Notes: generated by a model from the letters alone, not told the origin. A stretch of 64,000 nt of DNA from Lama guanicoe (GCA_013239625.1 MU055452.1:971394-1035393); one strand, 5' to 3'; positions 12,201 through 24,645 are shown, counted from the stretch's first letter. Translations and numbers: made by a program.

Positions 12201-12920
12201 CAGAAAAGGACTCCAAGAATTATAAGATGATCCCCTGAACCGTGAGGAAGGGAATCCTCAAAAAGTTAGAGAAGTGCTAACTCTGTTTCCCTCACCTGTC
12301 CGGGAGAGGTAGGATAGAAACCATATTGCTTGCGCTAATGGCAGTTGTTTTGCCTCTTACCACACTGTCCCCCACCCAATACCCCTCAGCCTCACTGACA
12401 CTTGTCAGGGTGGCATACAGGGTTTTATGTGATTTATTGCTTTACCCATTTCCCCCAAGCTCTGCAGAATACCAGGTAAAGTGCCAACATGGTAAAATCA
12501 ATAGTTCTTCTGAGCCGGGTGTCTTTGACGGAAATGATTCATTTTAAAAGGCATGTAGATTTTCTTTTCATATGTGTAAGCTTTACTGTATGAACATGTT
12601 TCAAAAGCTGATTTTAAAACTTGAGATATTTTGGCATTAAGATTTTTTTCAAGGTAAACTCTTAGGGACTAAATAGTTCATGATCACACTCCTGGGTTCC
12701 CATGTTACAGTGTCTGCTGGGCAGTAGTTTCAGATTCTTCCCAGTTTTCAGAAGAGTAAATGAAAAGCCCTTAAAGTGACTTAATATGAAAGCCATTTTA
12801 AACACCTTAAAAATTTTTTAAGCTACTTTTCCCTTGCTCCATCTCCTCCCTACTTTTGAGTGAATACTTGATACTGTGTTAGAGCATACTTGTGTCGTGA
12901 ATACTAGGTACTGTTCTTGA

Positions 12921-13103
12921 CAGTTCTCCAAGTGGGATTCCTGGAACAACAACATCAGTAGCATCTGGGAACCTGTTAGAGATGCAAAACTGGGCCCCAC
13001 CCACCCAGAACCTACAGATGCAGAAACTCTAGGGTGGGGCCCAGCAATATACTTAACAAGCCCTGGGAGGGATTCCGATGTGTTTCAAGTTTGAGATCTG
13101 CTG
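12921..13103. mobile_element. MER5A hAT-Charlie element, near full length
   Basis: gttctccaagtg...ctgggaacctgttagagatgcaaa...cagaaactctagggtggggcccagcaat...aagtttgaga. Confidence 0.8.
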
Positions 13104-13549
13104 CCTGGTAGCAGAAGGGAATGTTCAAAGTATGTAGCCTTCTTTTATCTTGAGATGCCTCTACTATATCAAAGAAATGGGACCCTCTTTTCACCAGAAT
13201 CTGTCTGAAGGAGAGGCTGGGTCATTGCCCTGCAGCTTCAGCTGTCCTTCTGGCTCTTTGGGGTCCAGGATATCTCTGGCATAGAGGAAGGGGTAAGGGT
13301 GGTGGTCTTTATCTCCTGATCCAGACACTGAAGAAGTTCAGTGTAATGCAAATCTGCTAGCCTCACAAGTCATCATAAACCTTATACCTGCAAAGCAAGG
13401 TGGTTGTGAACTGCACTCTTCTCTAACCCTGTGCTAACTAGCAGGAGAAAATCAATAACTTTGCTAACCTTGGTCAATTTTAATATAATCATAGCATGTG
13501 TCATTCTGGAGGGCACATTAAGTATTCTTAGGTCAACACACACATAGAG

Positions 13550-13700
13550 TCATTCTCTGTGATTTTTTCCAAGATGGAAACTGAGGCTCAAAGAGGTTTA
13601 GCATTTTGCCTACAATCATACAACTACATGAAGAAGCAGAGCTGAAACCAAACCTAGGTCTTCTGCCTCCATGACTAGTATTTTCCCATCACCAGAAACT
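13550..13700 (-). mobile_element. MIR SINE fragment
   Basis: gaaactgaggctcaaagaggtt core. Confidence 0.6.
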
Positions 13701-13857
13701 TCCCTTCCTTGGAGAATTAGGAGCTAGCCACTCAAAGTCTGATCCTCTGTTGACCCACCCCTGTCACTGTCAGATTCTGGGCAGCCATGAGCACAAAGGA
13801 GCCAGAGAGCATTAATTTTAAATAAGACACCTAGGCACTTGATAAAACTTTATATTT

Positions 13858-13897
<40 letters not shown>

Positions 13898-13943
13898 GCC
13901 GACCTAGATCTACACACCCACACACACGCATACACATACACAC
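13858..13943. repeat. (GATA)n microsatellite followed by an imperfect (CA)n
   Basis: About 10 ATAG units at 13858-13897; CA-rich tract at 13912-13943. Confidence 0.9.
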
Positions 13944-14379
13944 TGGATGGGCTGGTTAGTTCTCCTTTATGCTGACTGGCTGCTTTCTGAGAGCCAGAGC
14001 TCTAAGCAGGAGACTACAAAGTGAGGATGAAGCCTGTGTCCTGTTGGTCTCTTTAAGTTGGAACCATTCACTAGGTAAAGGAAGTCAGACGCTGGCAAGC
14101 TCGGCTTCAGGGTCTGTGCCCCCCGTCAGTTTGATTTACATCATCTCAGCAGTGGAACACTTCCAAGATTGCATTTTACTAAAGGTCAATCAGTACTTCT
14201 TTGACAGGAAAGAAGTGTGCCACTGTAGCCTGTGTGCATGCGTGAGCACATGCATGCAGAATCCCCAGATTCCAGTCCATTCTTAAAGCTTCCTGGGGAC
14301 AGCTTGAGTTGCCTGTGACATAGCTAAGTCCCCAGGATAAATCATCATTCTCAGTTATTCTTGCTTTTCCTGAGAGAGA

Positions 14380-14831
14380 GAGATTCCCCCTGAGGAGGAG
14401 GTGTACCCACCCTACCAAACCCAGCCACTGCTGTCAGCTGCCCTACTGAGTTGTCTACATTCCTCATGGGAGCTGCCCTCAGCCCTGAATCTACATACCC
14501 TGGTCTCCTCCAGGGCTTGCCTCAGCTGAAGAGAGCCTCCCAGCCCCAAGCCACACCCCCTTTCCAGGGCCCCACATCCAATGACTGACTGACACCCGGC
14601 ATAGTGCTCTCTGGACAGCTCCGAAGGGCGCTGCATCTTCAGGACTCCTCACCGGGTTAGCTGAGGCTTCCACTGAGACTCCATGGAGGCTTTTGATTTC
14701 TCCCTCTGCCCACTCCTGCCGCCTCCCATCCCTTCCCTTCCACAGGTAGTAATCCAAGAGCACTCCCTAAGAAACCTCCTGAACACTGATCCTAGCTCAT
14801 AGCCTGCTTTTCCGGGAACCCAACTTGTGAC
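14380..14831 (+). mobile_element. LTR16-family (ERVL) solo LTR
   Basis: 3' end gagcactccctaagaaacctcctg...ccgggaacccaacttgtgac resembles LTR16 U5. Confidence 0.65.
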
Positions 14832-15097
14832 TGGCAGTTTACCTAAGGAGATGCAGAGTTGTTCCAGCCACATGGTCATTAGGCATGTCTGAGGAGCAGA
14901 TCACATGAATGATTATTATTTGTATTCTTTTTACACTGATCACGTTTCTATTTTTCTCTTCTGTTTGGATAGTTCTCTAATATCCACAATTAGTGGTGAT
15001 ATGGGATATATCCCCTAATGCCAATTCTTGCTGAATTATTGCACTATGTATATATAGTCAAAAGAAGAAGGCCTGTTTCTTACCCTCTCAAATCCTG

Positions 15098-15240
15098 GTA
15101 TCTATCAGTCCAGATACACTGGGTTATGCTGCAATAATAAGTAACCCGAACATCTCAGCAGCCTAACAAAAGGAAGATCTAGTCCTTGTTCATGCTACAT
15201 GTCAGGTGAAGGATGGGCCACAGGAAAGGCATTTGGGGGA
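15098..15240 (-). mobile_element. MLT1 (MaLR) LTR end fragment
   Basis: gggttatgctgcaataataagtaacccgaacatctcagcagc resembles an antisense MLT1I/J terminus. Confidence 0.5.
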
Positions 15241-16611
15241 CCTACAATGGGATGGGCACTGGACAGTTGGGAACAGGTTCTGCTGGCTTCCCTCTTCTAA
15301 GAGCAACCCCTGAGTCTACAGCCCCATCAACTCTCCTCTGCCCCAAAACAGTCTTCTCCTTTGGCCCTGGAAGGCTCGCATCACTGAGTTCCAAACTCTC
15401 CCACCCAGCCTGAGAGGCATGCCCCATGGTGCTGGCTCCAGGCTGTCACCATGTGTTGAGAGGGTACCCGGGGTGATTAACACAGCTCAGAAAGGACACT
15501 TTGCTACAGAGCATCATCCTTGTACTCTTGCTTGAACTTAGATGGTATCTATTCATTGTAGAAGTGTTAGAAATGATGGCACTAAAAAAGAAGGGAAAGA
15601 GAACTCATCTTTCTACTACCCCCAAATCAGCCCTGCCAATGTTTTGGTGCGTATACCTCCAGTCTATTTTTACACACATATATGTGTCCAGGAGTAGTTA
15701 TTTATATTGAAACTAGAATTGTGCTGTACCTGTTTTGAAAATTTTTCTTTGTTATACAAGTGCTACATCATAGAAAACAGAAAATACCCTTCATAAGGTA
15801 AATGAGTCAATGTCAGCAACAACTACAGCATCCACAGGGATCGTGGCTAACATTTATCAACAAACGTTCATGCATATATTATCTATATTTTAACGCCAGC
15901 AGGCGCCTGCTTCTCAGAGCCCTGCTTTCTCCACTCAGGGCCTCCTTGGTGGTTCCCTCCCTCTGCAGAAGGTAATGGAGGGCTTCTCGGGGCAGGGGGT
16001 ATATGAAGGCTGTATTCCTGATGTGGGTCAGAGGGCAGCGGCACAGGATATTGAAATCTATCTGAGGGCCAAAGGCTTGATGGAGACTGTTGTGGGGAGT
16101 TAGCAGGGGAGGTCTTCTATCTTTCCAATCCCAACTCTATGATCTCCAGATACATATCAAAGCCAGACCAAACTTCCCACCCCTCCTGGAAAAACATCTC
16201 TACTTGAGTCTGAGGTTTCAGATGAGGCTGATAAGGAACAGGACACAACTTTAGAGGATGGACAATGCGCTTCATCTCCTCCAGTCATAACCACGGAGCT
16301 GCCTTGTATTGTCTGGGTTTATTTGAAGTCTTTGGTATGAAATGAATTCTGAGATTCAATAAGCAGGAAGGATATTGCTCCTGTATAATGCTGCCCCAAA
16401 AGCTGTCACAACTCCAGGTGGCCAAGTCACAGCTGCATTCAGAAGCCTCTGCTGCTGGGGGCGGGGACCAAAGACAGAACCTCCCAGATAGAGGAAGGAG
16501 ATGGGGCCAGAGGTGGGGCATCTGGCCAAAGACAGGAACCATCACTGGGTCAAAATCTATTCAGTACCAATCACAGTAAACGGACTGCGTTAAGCCCTTC
16601 TGGGGGGATCT

Positions 16612-17110
16612 CGTCTAGGACCTGGTTCCCTAGAAGCTGAGCCTGAGATGAAGAGATTCATACCGGGGATTTAAGGTGGGATTCTCTCAGGACAGAGAGC
16701 AGAGGAAGCAGGAGGGGTGGGGGGAGGAGCACGGCAAGGGTTGGGGGAGGAGCATGGCAAGGGTGTGGTCTCCGCTGGAGTCGGCTTCAGCCGGATCCCA
16801 TGGGGGCTCTGGAGCAGTAACTCCAACACAGAGCTGCCCCCGCCGGCTCCTGGATGCAGAGCGCTGGTCTTTTGTCCTCCCATTTCAGTCACTGGCCAAA
16901 GCCTGGGTGTCGCGGCTGCACAGCCTCTCTGGCAGCTCCCACTTAGCTCGGCCCAGTTCTCCAGAGAACAGCAGCTGGGAGATGTCAGCAGCCCACACTC
17001 CCAGCAGCTCGGGGAGGGGTGCGCAGGTCTGTAAAAGGGGTCTGGGCAAGGCAGCCACAGGATCCACTGAGACCTCACCTCACTCGTGAGTCCCATTCCC
17101 AGCAGGGCAG
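16612..17110 (-). mobile_element. LTR16-family solo LTR, antisense
   Basis: ggttccctagaagctgagcctgagatg...gattc start is the reverse of the LTR16 U5 end. Confidence 0.6.
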
Positions 17111-18608
17111 GTGGGGAGTGAAGCTGAAAGGCACCGGGTGAACTGCAAACTGTCCCACTCGCGGGCTAACCTGTTTCACGCCTTTGCCAGTCTCAGGTGA
17201 TGTCTGGCTGGCCAGCCTTGCCTCTGCCTGTCCTGCACTTATGCTAGCTGAGCTCTGTCTGGTAGGCTGGCCCTCCCTGATAAAGTCTGAAGTTCCTGCC
17301 ATTCGCTTCTGCTTTCAACGTCCTGGCTGCCTGGTACCTGGCGTTACAGGGGAGGTCCCACAGCATTAGAGTAGCATTAGATACAGCACTAGCATCCCTG
17401 AGACTCTCAGCAGACTGGCAGGAACATATGACAGGGCACCAGGCCACCTGCTCAAGGTACTGGCCTTGCCATTAATGAGCTGTTTGGCCTCGGTTCCTTG
17501 CCTACAAAACAAGGTTATTGAATGAGGTGAGCCCTTTGTCCTTCCAGGCCTGCAGTTTCCAGGTTAGTTAGACCACACCAGCTACAAAGACATACCCCTC
17601 AGGCATTTTTTCACTAGGGAGACTGAAACAGAGGCCAAGGCCACTCATCTTTCTGGGTGACTTGAATAGGAAAAATATGATACAAATAAAAGAGGGTTTT
17701 TAAGATATCAGAGAGGTGCTTTTTTGTTTGTTTTGTTTTGTTTTTTTGTTTTTGCCACTGGACAGCTTGCATTGGCTGCCTGTATGGGTCTAATAATCTA
17801 TAAAATTATGATTTTTCGCTTTATTCAAATGGCCAGGGCCAAGGAATAAAGGTCTTTTAAGCCAAAGAGGTGAACAAGAAATGAGAAATTTTTCACATTA
17901 AAAACAAAATGACTTCTTTGACTTTTGAGCTAACACTGGCTGTCATACTCTCAGGCAGGGTCTACACAAGGCCCAGGGACAGGAGGCAATTAGCATGGTT
18001 GTGCACCTATGACATGCCAGTAAGTGGACCTTCCAAACCCTCACAGCAATCTTAGGAGAGAGGCAATATTTTCACTGTTGTAATGATTTATGTATAGTTT
18101 CAGGCACTGGGAGACTGTATACCTTACTCCAGTTCACAGCTCGGACACAGGGGAGCGTCACAAAGCCCACCCCTCCTACGAATCCATGCCCCCTTGCTAA
18201 GGAAGGGTTTACACACCCGTTTTAGTAATCCTTCCAGAAGTTCCTTTAAAGCACACAAACAAACGTGAATGCATCTAACACCTGCATCCCTTTGCTTGCT
18301 TTTTTTTCTTTTCTTTTCTTTTTTTTTGTTCCTGTATAAACCAGATTTAGAACATTTAGATCTAACCAGGCATATTTTCACTTACGGTAAACAGAAGTTT
18401 ATTTTTAAGCAGGTTTTTCCAAATTAAAAATTAAATGGTCAGTTAGGGAAATTGTCTTTTTCTGATAAGAATCTCCAGTGCCAGACTGAAAATATGCATC
18501 CCACGGGAGACAAGGTCATTCTTACATGGACTATATAAGATTTGGAGTTTGGGTGCTGGATATCCAGGGAAGTTCCAGGAGAGCCTGCTGCCTAGAACCT
18601 GTCGTGTG

Positions 18609-18625
18609 AGGTCACAGTGAGGTCA
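18609..18625 (+). promoter_or_regulatory. Perfect DR5 nuclear-receptor element (AGGTCA-cagtg-AGGTCA)
   Basis: Exact match to the RAR/RXR DR5 consensus; function not shown. Confidence 0.4.
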
Positions 18626-18798
18626 CATGCAGCCTTCCCTATTGGAGGAGAAGCCACCAATGCCAAGTTGAATTTGGGAGCAGCACACACACTCTGCTGG
18701 GGGAAGAGGGAGAGCTTGCCGTAGACATTGCTCCCAGGTCATCCTGACTATACCCCTATGTGTCCCTGTGGGCTCTGGGCAAGATGCCTGTTCTACAC

Positions 18799-19152
18799 AA
18801 GACATTGGCAAAATTCTTCTGTAAAGGACCAAGTAGGAACTATTTTCAGCTTTGTGGGTCACGCATACCGTCATCACGACGACTCAGCTCTGCCAGGGGT
18901 AGCTCAATGACTGCCATCAGAAATATAAAAATGAATGGGTGTGGCTCTATTCTAGTAAAACTTTGGGTATGGACACAGAAATTTGAATTTTGTATAATTT
19001 ACACAAACTCTATATACAAAATTTGAATTTTGCATCAGTTCCATACATTGTGAATTGTTTTGACTGCTTTTCATCCATTAAAAATATAAAAATTATTCTT
19101 AGCTTGCAGATCGTACAAAAGCAGATCCTTTGCCATAGTTTGCAGACCCCTG
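18799..19152. mobile_element. MER58B-like hAT-Charlie element with 8-bp TSD
   Basis: ggcaaa...ctgtaaaggacca start and catagtttgcagacccctg end; flanks TTCTACAC (18791-18798) and CTCTACAC (19153-19160). Confidence 0.85.
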
Positions 19153-19220
19153 CTCTACACCATCCATCTTCCAAGTCCAAATGACTGAGGAGTTCCATCC
19201 TCAGGCAAAGAGCTGGAAGC

Positions 19221-19346
19221 GGGGGGAAGATATAGCTCAGTGGTAGAGTGCATGCCCAGCATGCACAAGGTCTTGGGTTCAATCCCCAATACCTCCATTA
19301 AAAAATAAATAAATAAACCTAATTACTCCCCCTGTCCCCCCAAAAA
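19221..19346 (+). mobile_element. tRNA-Ala-derived SINE, camelid Vic-1 type
   Basis: A box tagctcagtgg, B box ggttcaatccc, tRNA-Ala-like head, then attaaaaaataaataaataaacctaattactcccc tail as recalled for the camelid SINE. Confidence 0.8.
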
Positions 19347-20339
19347 GGCAAGAAGCATGTGGAAAGGAGGGTTTGCAACCAAGGAAGGCCCTGGGGAAAC
19401 TCTATCTGCTCCTTCCCTGAAATGTCCATCTCAGGGTATCAAAGTTCTGATCGGCCGAGTTGACAGACCCTACTACAACACAATCGTAAGTGTGATGGTG
19501 CTTTATGGACCACATTTAGAAGTTACACGTCCTTGTCTGTCTACCTGGTAGATTAGAACTGGGAACATAGCAGACTGAATCATGCCCCTATTACTATCCC
19601 AAGGGCAGGCACCAGGCTCTTTCAGGTGTGCCTGACTCTGAGCATCAGGCTAGAGCCCGCTTGCTCTGTGAGCAGAGCAGGCAGAGGAGAGGTAGAAGCC
19701 GGTAGCCAGACACACTGGCATGATGGTATAACGATGCTGCAAACTGATTCTCAAACCCTTCTGCAAGTCTCCTGGCCACAGCAGGGAATGCCCCTCCACC
19801 CCGGGGAAGCTGAGGTATTTACCTAATGCTGCCTCTTGGAAGAGGGAATTTTTTTGTAATATTATGTTTTATTTTTTAAAATTCATGTAAAATGTATCTG
19901 CTACCCCACAGTTTGTTTTCTTAAAATTTAGTTATTTCAACTGATCAGCAAATGGTTCTCTTCTGGTTGGCAAGGGCTTGTCCTACGGGGAAGGCAGTGA
20001 ACAGACATGGGGTCCCTCCAGGAGTGCCCCAGCCCCAACTCATGCAGCTTCCAAATCCCTTCTAAATATAGATCCATGACGAGTGGGGTTATTAAGGTCA
20101 AATGAGCCGTGTTTATTATGACTCACATCTGTCTCATTCAGGAGCCCCCAGATCACACTTAATTAGCCAGATGAGATGGCAGAATTCCTGTAGACTCACT
20201 CCAGCCTACCAGTTCCATTCAGAGGGAAGCCAAAGACCCAGCAATGCTTGACATCTTAGCTCATGGAATGATTCCATCAGAACGGAGTGAGAAGCAGGAC
20301 CGGCCAGCTGGGGCAGAGGCATTGGGCAGTGAGGCCAGA

Positions 20340-20680
20340 GTACTCACGTTCAAATACTGGCCCTGCCACTTGCTAGCTGCTTTCTAGGCCTCAGTTTTCT
20401 TGTCTGTAAAGTGGCAGTAGTAACAGTACCTCTCCATAGGTATTATTGTAAAAACTTTAAAAGATAACCTAGCCAAGAGTTTACTTCCTCTCCATGCTCT
20501 TCCAGGAACACAGATTCCAACTGGGATCTGGCTTTGCCATGTACTCCCTTGGGTTAAATACTTAACCTCAGCTTTCTTGTCTGTAAAATGGGTATAACAA
20601 GGCCTATCCTTGCAGGGCTGTTGGGAGGAAGAGTGAGTGTGAAGCACAAGGCTCATGGACATGCTCAACAAACAGTACTG
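20340..20680 (+). mobile_element. Two adjacent MIR fragments
   Basis: Two copies of the cctcag(t/c)tttcttgtctgtaaa core at ~20390 and ~20567. Confidence 0.65.
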
Positions 20681-21074
20681 GCAGTATTATTACTCCAGGG
20701 CAGCAGTTCACTCCAGCCCAGGAGACCACCTGTCTCAGTATCACTATATGCCAGGCAGGCCATGGTGAGCCCTGGGTACAAACAGGCCTGGACCTTGCCC
20801 TCACAGAACATGCAGCCTCACCTAGTCACTTCCAAGGACCAAATTTTAATCCATGCTTATGGGTAATTGATAGAAACACATGTATGTTATTCTTACTATT
20901 AGCTGCTGTTCTCAGAAGCATCACTGAAGAGTGTTGGTGACCACTGGTGTCATGGGCGGCCGGGCAAGCCAGGCCGGTGCTGTGAGAGGGTCGTATGGAC
21001 TGAGTGCCTTCTCTGTTCCTTTTAAAAAGTGTACTTTTTTTTTAAGTGCATAATGGGGTAGAGATGTAAAGGAA

Positions 21075-21530
21075 AGACTTGCCTCTATCCAGAGGTGAAG
21101 GGATAACATAGTGCAGTCTGCACATATCANNNNNNNNNNNNNNNNNNNNNNNNNNNNNNNNNNNNNNNNNNNNNNNNNNNNNNNNNNNNNNNNNNNNNNN
21201 NNNNNNNNNNNNNNNNNNNNNNNNNNNNNNNNNNNNNNNNNNNNNNNNNNNNNNNNNNNNNNNNNNNNNNNNNNNNNNNNNNNNNNNNNNNNNNNNNNNN
21301 NNNNNNNNNNNNNNNNNNNNNNNNNNNNNNNNAGGAAGAATGGTGCCTTGTTGCTTAATGTGACCAGACTTTCTGTTTGGGGTGATAAAAAAGTTTTGGA
21401 AACAGTGATGATAGTTTCAAAACACTGTGAATATAATTAATGCCACTAAATTGTACACCTAAAAGTAGTTAAAATGGAAAGTTTTATGTTATATATATAT
21501 TATCATAACAAAAAATTTTTTAAATAATAA
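21075..21530 (+). mobile_element. L1MB-type 3' end, partly masked (21130-21332)
   Basis: tttctgtttggggtgataaaaaagttttggaaa...aatgccactaaattgtacac...gttttatgttatatata, then an A-rich end. Confidence 0.75.
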
Positions 21531-22562
21531 TGACAGAACTAAGGCTTAGCTGTCTCCAACCAAGAACTGACCATAAAAGATGGGTTTATTGTCTGCCCAG
21601 GGGAGTGACCCAGAAGCAGCTCCTTGCCCCTGAACCAGGAGCCACCCTGCTCTCTGTGGCAGCCCCGCCCACCCCACTCCGGGCTGGCCTCCTGCTAGTG
21701 CCACGTGAACCTCATCACCAGCACTGATGGATGTGGACAAGGCATTTAGGAAGGAGAGCTGGCAGACCCTCTATTCCCGGCAGTGATGCCGGCAGTGGGA
21801 CCCTGGGTTTCTAGCTCCTGGTGGATAGGAAGCAGGGCCCCCTGGGCAGACAAGCTCCAATATTCCATGAAGGCAGCACTGGAAATGAGAGAGAGAGAGA
21901 GGCCTGCTGCCTTTTCCTGTTTCAGCCAATTCCCTTGTCTCTCTCAGGTCTGAGTGGTGCAGGAAAAGCATGATAAAACCATTCCCTCAGTCTCCCCTAC
22001 CATTGAGAATTATTTCTTTTGTCATTATTCCAAGACTCCCAATGTGTCTCGGGGGCTGGAGGCAGCCACGGGGCTTGGATGGAGTTCATTATCAGGCACA
22101 GACTCAGGGCAGAACATAAAAGATTCAGCCTTGACATTTTACAGAGGGAAACAAATTTCTGCAAAGTCATTGTTGGGCTCAAAGAGAGAGGGAGAGCATT
22201 TTCATCCAGGCACAGGATGAAAACCCTTAACAACCCTGGCATTGGCGGGAACAGTGGTACCTGCCCACAGGAGACCAACACTGACATCATCTGACCCATG
22301 ACCACGATGAGGCACTTACATTCTGCTAGACTTGGATTCTTAATCTGTAAGATGAGGGGACATCGAACACCTGCTGGTAGGGCTGTTGGTGCCTGCACTC
22401 CCCATAGAACAGTCTAGTACCCCTTCTACTTTCTCAGCCATGCCATACTTTGGTGGAGAAGAAGCAGGCTACACTGGACCACTGATGTGTACTAATATTG
22501 AGAGCTATTGTTTACTGAGTTGCTACTGGTGTCAGTCTGTTCTGAGAACTTTTAAATATGCA

Positions 22563-22983
22563 TATAGAAGACTTTCATGTTTCCCCATCCACACTTCCTC
22601 CCCAAGGACCATGTCCATCCATATTGGACCAGCTTCCAAACACCATCATTTCTGACTCTTAGGACACTGGCTGCTGAAGTCTGCTATGCCCATGCATGCA
22701 ATAGGCCAGAAGTGCTGAGGAATTAAGGCACCCCAGGGGGACCCCCAAATCAGTGGATTTACCCCAGCTCCATTGCCGCTCAGGCCAGGTAACACTGATG
22801 GGGGCTAAGCATCCCAGTGCCCCCAGTGGCAGCACACTTGCGGGATAAGTCACTCTTGCTGCTCTCTCCCCCTCCCCCATCTCACGTCCTTCTCCCCAAG
22901 TGGTATTTCCTGAGATCACCTCCAAAATAAAGTACTTACATCTGAATCTCAGGGTCTGCTTTTGGGGAATGCAGATTCAGATA
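22563..22983 (+). mobile_element. LTR16-family solo LTR inserted into a MIR, with 5-bp TSD ATGCA
   Basis: ATGCA at 22558-22562 and 22984-22988; decayed TG/CA termini; AATAAA and ctcagggtctgcttttggggaa near the 3' end; antisense MIR halves at ~22500-22560 and ~22990-23140. Confidence 0.7.
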
Positions 22984-23280
22984 ATGCATAATCGCATTTA
23001 TTCTTTACAAAGAACCCAGGGAGGCAGATCCTTTGCTCTCCCTTTTACAGATAAGAAACAGGCTTAGAAATATTTAGTAACTTGTCTTAAGTTCCCACAG
23101 TGGTGAAGCTTAGGCTTGAATTCCAGCATCTGGTTCCAGTGCCCCACGAAGCCCTCAATCACAGCTAGCCAGCCAATGTGCCCCAGGCAGTGGCTTGCCA
23201 GGGAAGCGTGAGGCTGCAGGAGGCAAATCTCCACCCCTTCACCCCACTTTAGTCCTCACCGCGAAGCACGCACCAGCTCT

Positions 23281-23313
23281 GAGAGAGCGAGAGCGAGAGC
23301 GAGAGCGAGAGAG
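23281..23313. repeat. (GAGAGC)n / GA-rich microsatellite
   Basis: Directly visible. Confidence 0.9.
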
Positions 23314-23321
23314 AATGCCCA

Positions 23322-23335
23322 CCGCCAGGTGGCGC
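23322..23335 (+). promoter_or_regulatory. Candidate CTCF site CCGCCAGGTGGCGC
   Basis: Close match to the CTCF core CCASYAGRKGGCRS, with CpGs retained locally. Confidence 0.5.
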
Positions 23336-24082
23336 CCTCTCCAGGAGGCTCAGGCTGGCTCTGCAGGGACTCTGGACACTTAAAGGTAAAAGGTCCTTAG
23401 TTCTGGCCCTACTTGCTCAGAACTAGCTACTTGGAAGAACCAAGGTGCTGCCTTCTGCCTTCTGCCCTTCTAAAAAAGGCAGAACCTGAATTAGGAGGTT
23501 TCTCAGAAGTCCCAGGACTTCTGGGCTGTCTGAATAACCCACACTCAGCCTTTCTCAGCTGCTCTCCTCTCTCCAAAGCTGCCAGGAGGGTGGAGAGTTT
23601 TAAAACCCTCTCTGTGATCACTCAGGGCAGCAAACCAAATTCTATCGCCACTCAGCCCCCTGCATTGTGGGACTAGGCACCCCATTCTGCCTCCTCATTC
23701 CCCAGGGCCTGTGGGTGGACCTGGGGCGTGGGGCCAATGGTCAGGTGCAGCAGGACGGTTATTTTGGTTGAGCTGCCCCTGCTCTGGCCTCTGGCCTCAC
23801 CTGCGCCCCATTCTCTGAGGTGATTCCAGCCCCCGCAGAAGTTGCTCAGCACCTAGTGTCACTGCCCCCAGGACACAAAATGAGCGCTCAAGATGTACGG
23901 GGATCCCACTCCTGCCTCCCTGCTGTTAAAGTTCTGATTCCAGACTCACATGTCGAGGGAAATGAGTCTGGCTTTATTTTTTACTTAATAAGCCGTACAA
24001 ACAAACTCAAATTCCCAAGTGCACCTACCGAATCTGCTATTTTTTAAAAATTTATTTTAACATCTAAAAACGTATCACTGGC

Positions 24083-24435
24083 TGTCTTAGGTCAGGTTCC
24101 CCAAGCAGAAGTTGAGAAGAGCTCTGTGTGCAAGTGACTTATGAAGGATGCAGTCTCAGGGAAGCCACGCCAGGGTGCCATCTCAGGCAAAGTGCCATGG
24201 AAGGTAGCTTTAAGGCTGATCCCGTAGGAGCCTGTGCAGTGTAAGTGGAACCTCAGAATCACCCGCCTCCCGCCCCCAGTGCTTCTAGACAAGACCTCCA
24301 CGTTGTCACACCCCATCAGTCATTGGCTAAGGGCCACCCTAAAGGGATGTAAATTCTCAGGCAATGACTCCCCAGATAGCCTAAGACTGGCTTTCCAAAG
24401 ACTCAACAGGGTCAGCTGTTGAAAGTGTGGCAGTA
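24083..24435 (-). mobile_element. LTR16-like ERVL solo LTR, antisense
   Basis: Starts tgtcttaggtcaggttcccc...gtgcaagtgacttat. Confidence 0.55.
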
Positions 24436-24438
24436 GGG

Positions 24439-24462
24439 ACACACACACACACACACACACAC
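24439..24462. repeat. (AC)12 microsatellite
   Basis: Directly visible. Confidence 0.95.
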
Positions 24463-24645
24463 AAAACAGTAGAAGGGATCTGAGAGATCTGAGCAGAGCA
24501 TCATCATTGTCCTGCAAACCTGCCTTATTCCATAGCGGATACAGGCTGGCTTAACAAAAGTAGGCATAATACCAAAAATTTTAAATGATTAATTGTTGGA
24601 GTTGAGGCAATGGAGAAACAGAGATAAAAAGTAAACAAATCCAGA

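Noticed and set aside
14380-17110. Inverted LTR16 pair as a dsRNA structure or a single provirus
   Set aside because: Opposite orientation rules out one provirus, and the copies look too diverged to pair stably.
19224-19298. tRNA-Ala(AGC) gene
   Set aside because: Mismatched stems and anticodon loop, no T-run terminator, and a SINE tail follows; it is a SINE head.
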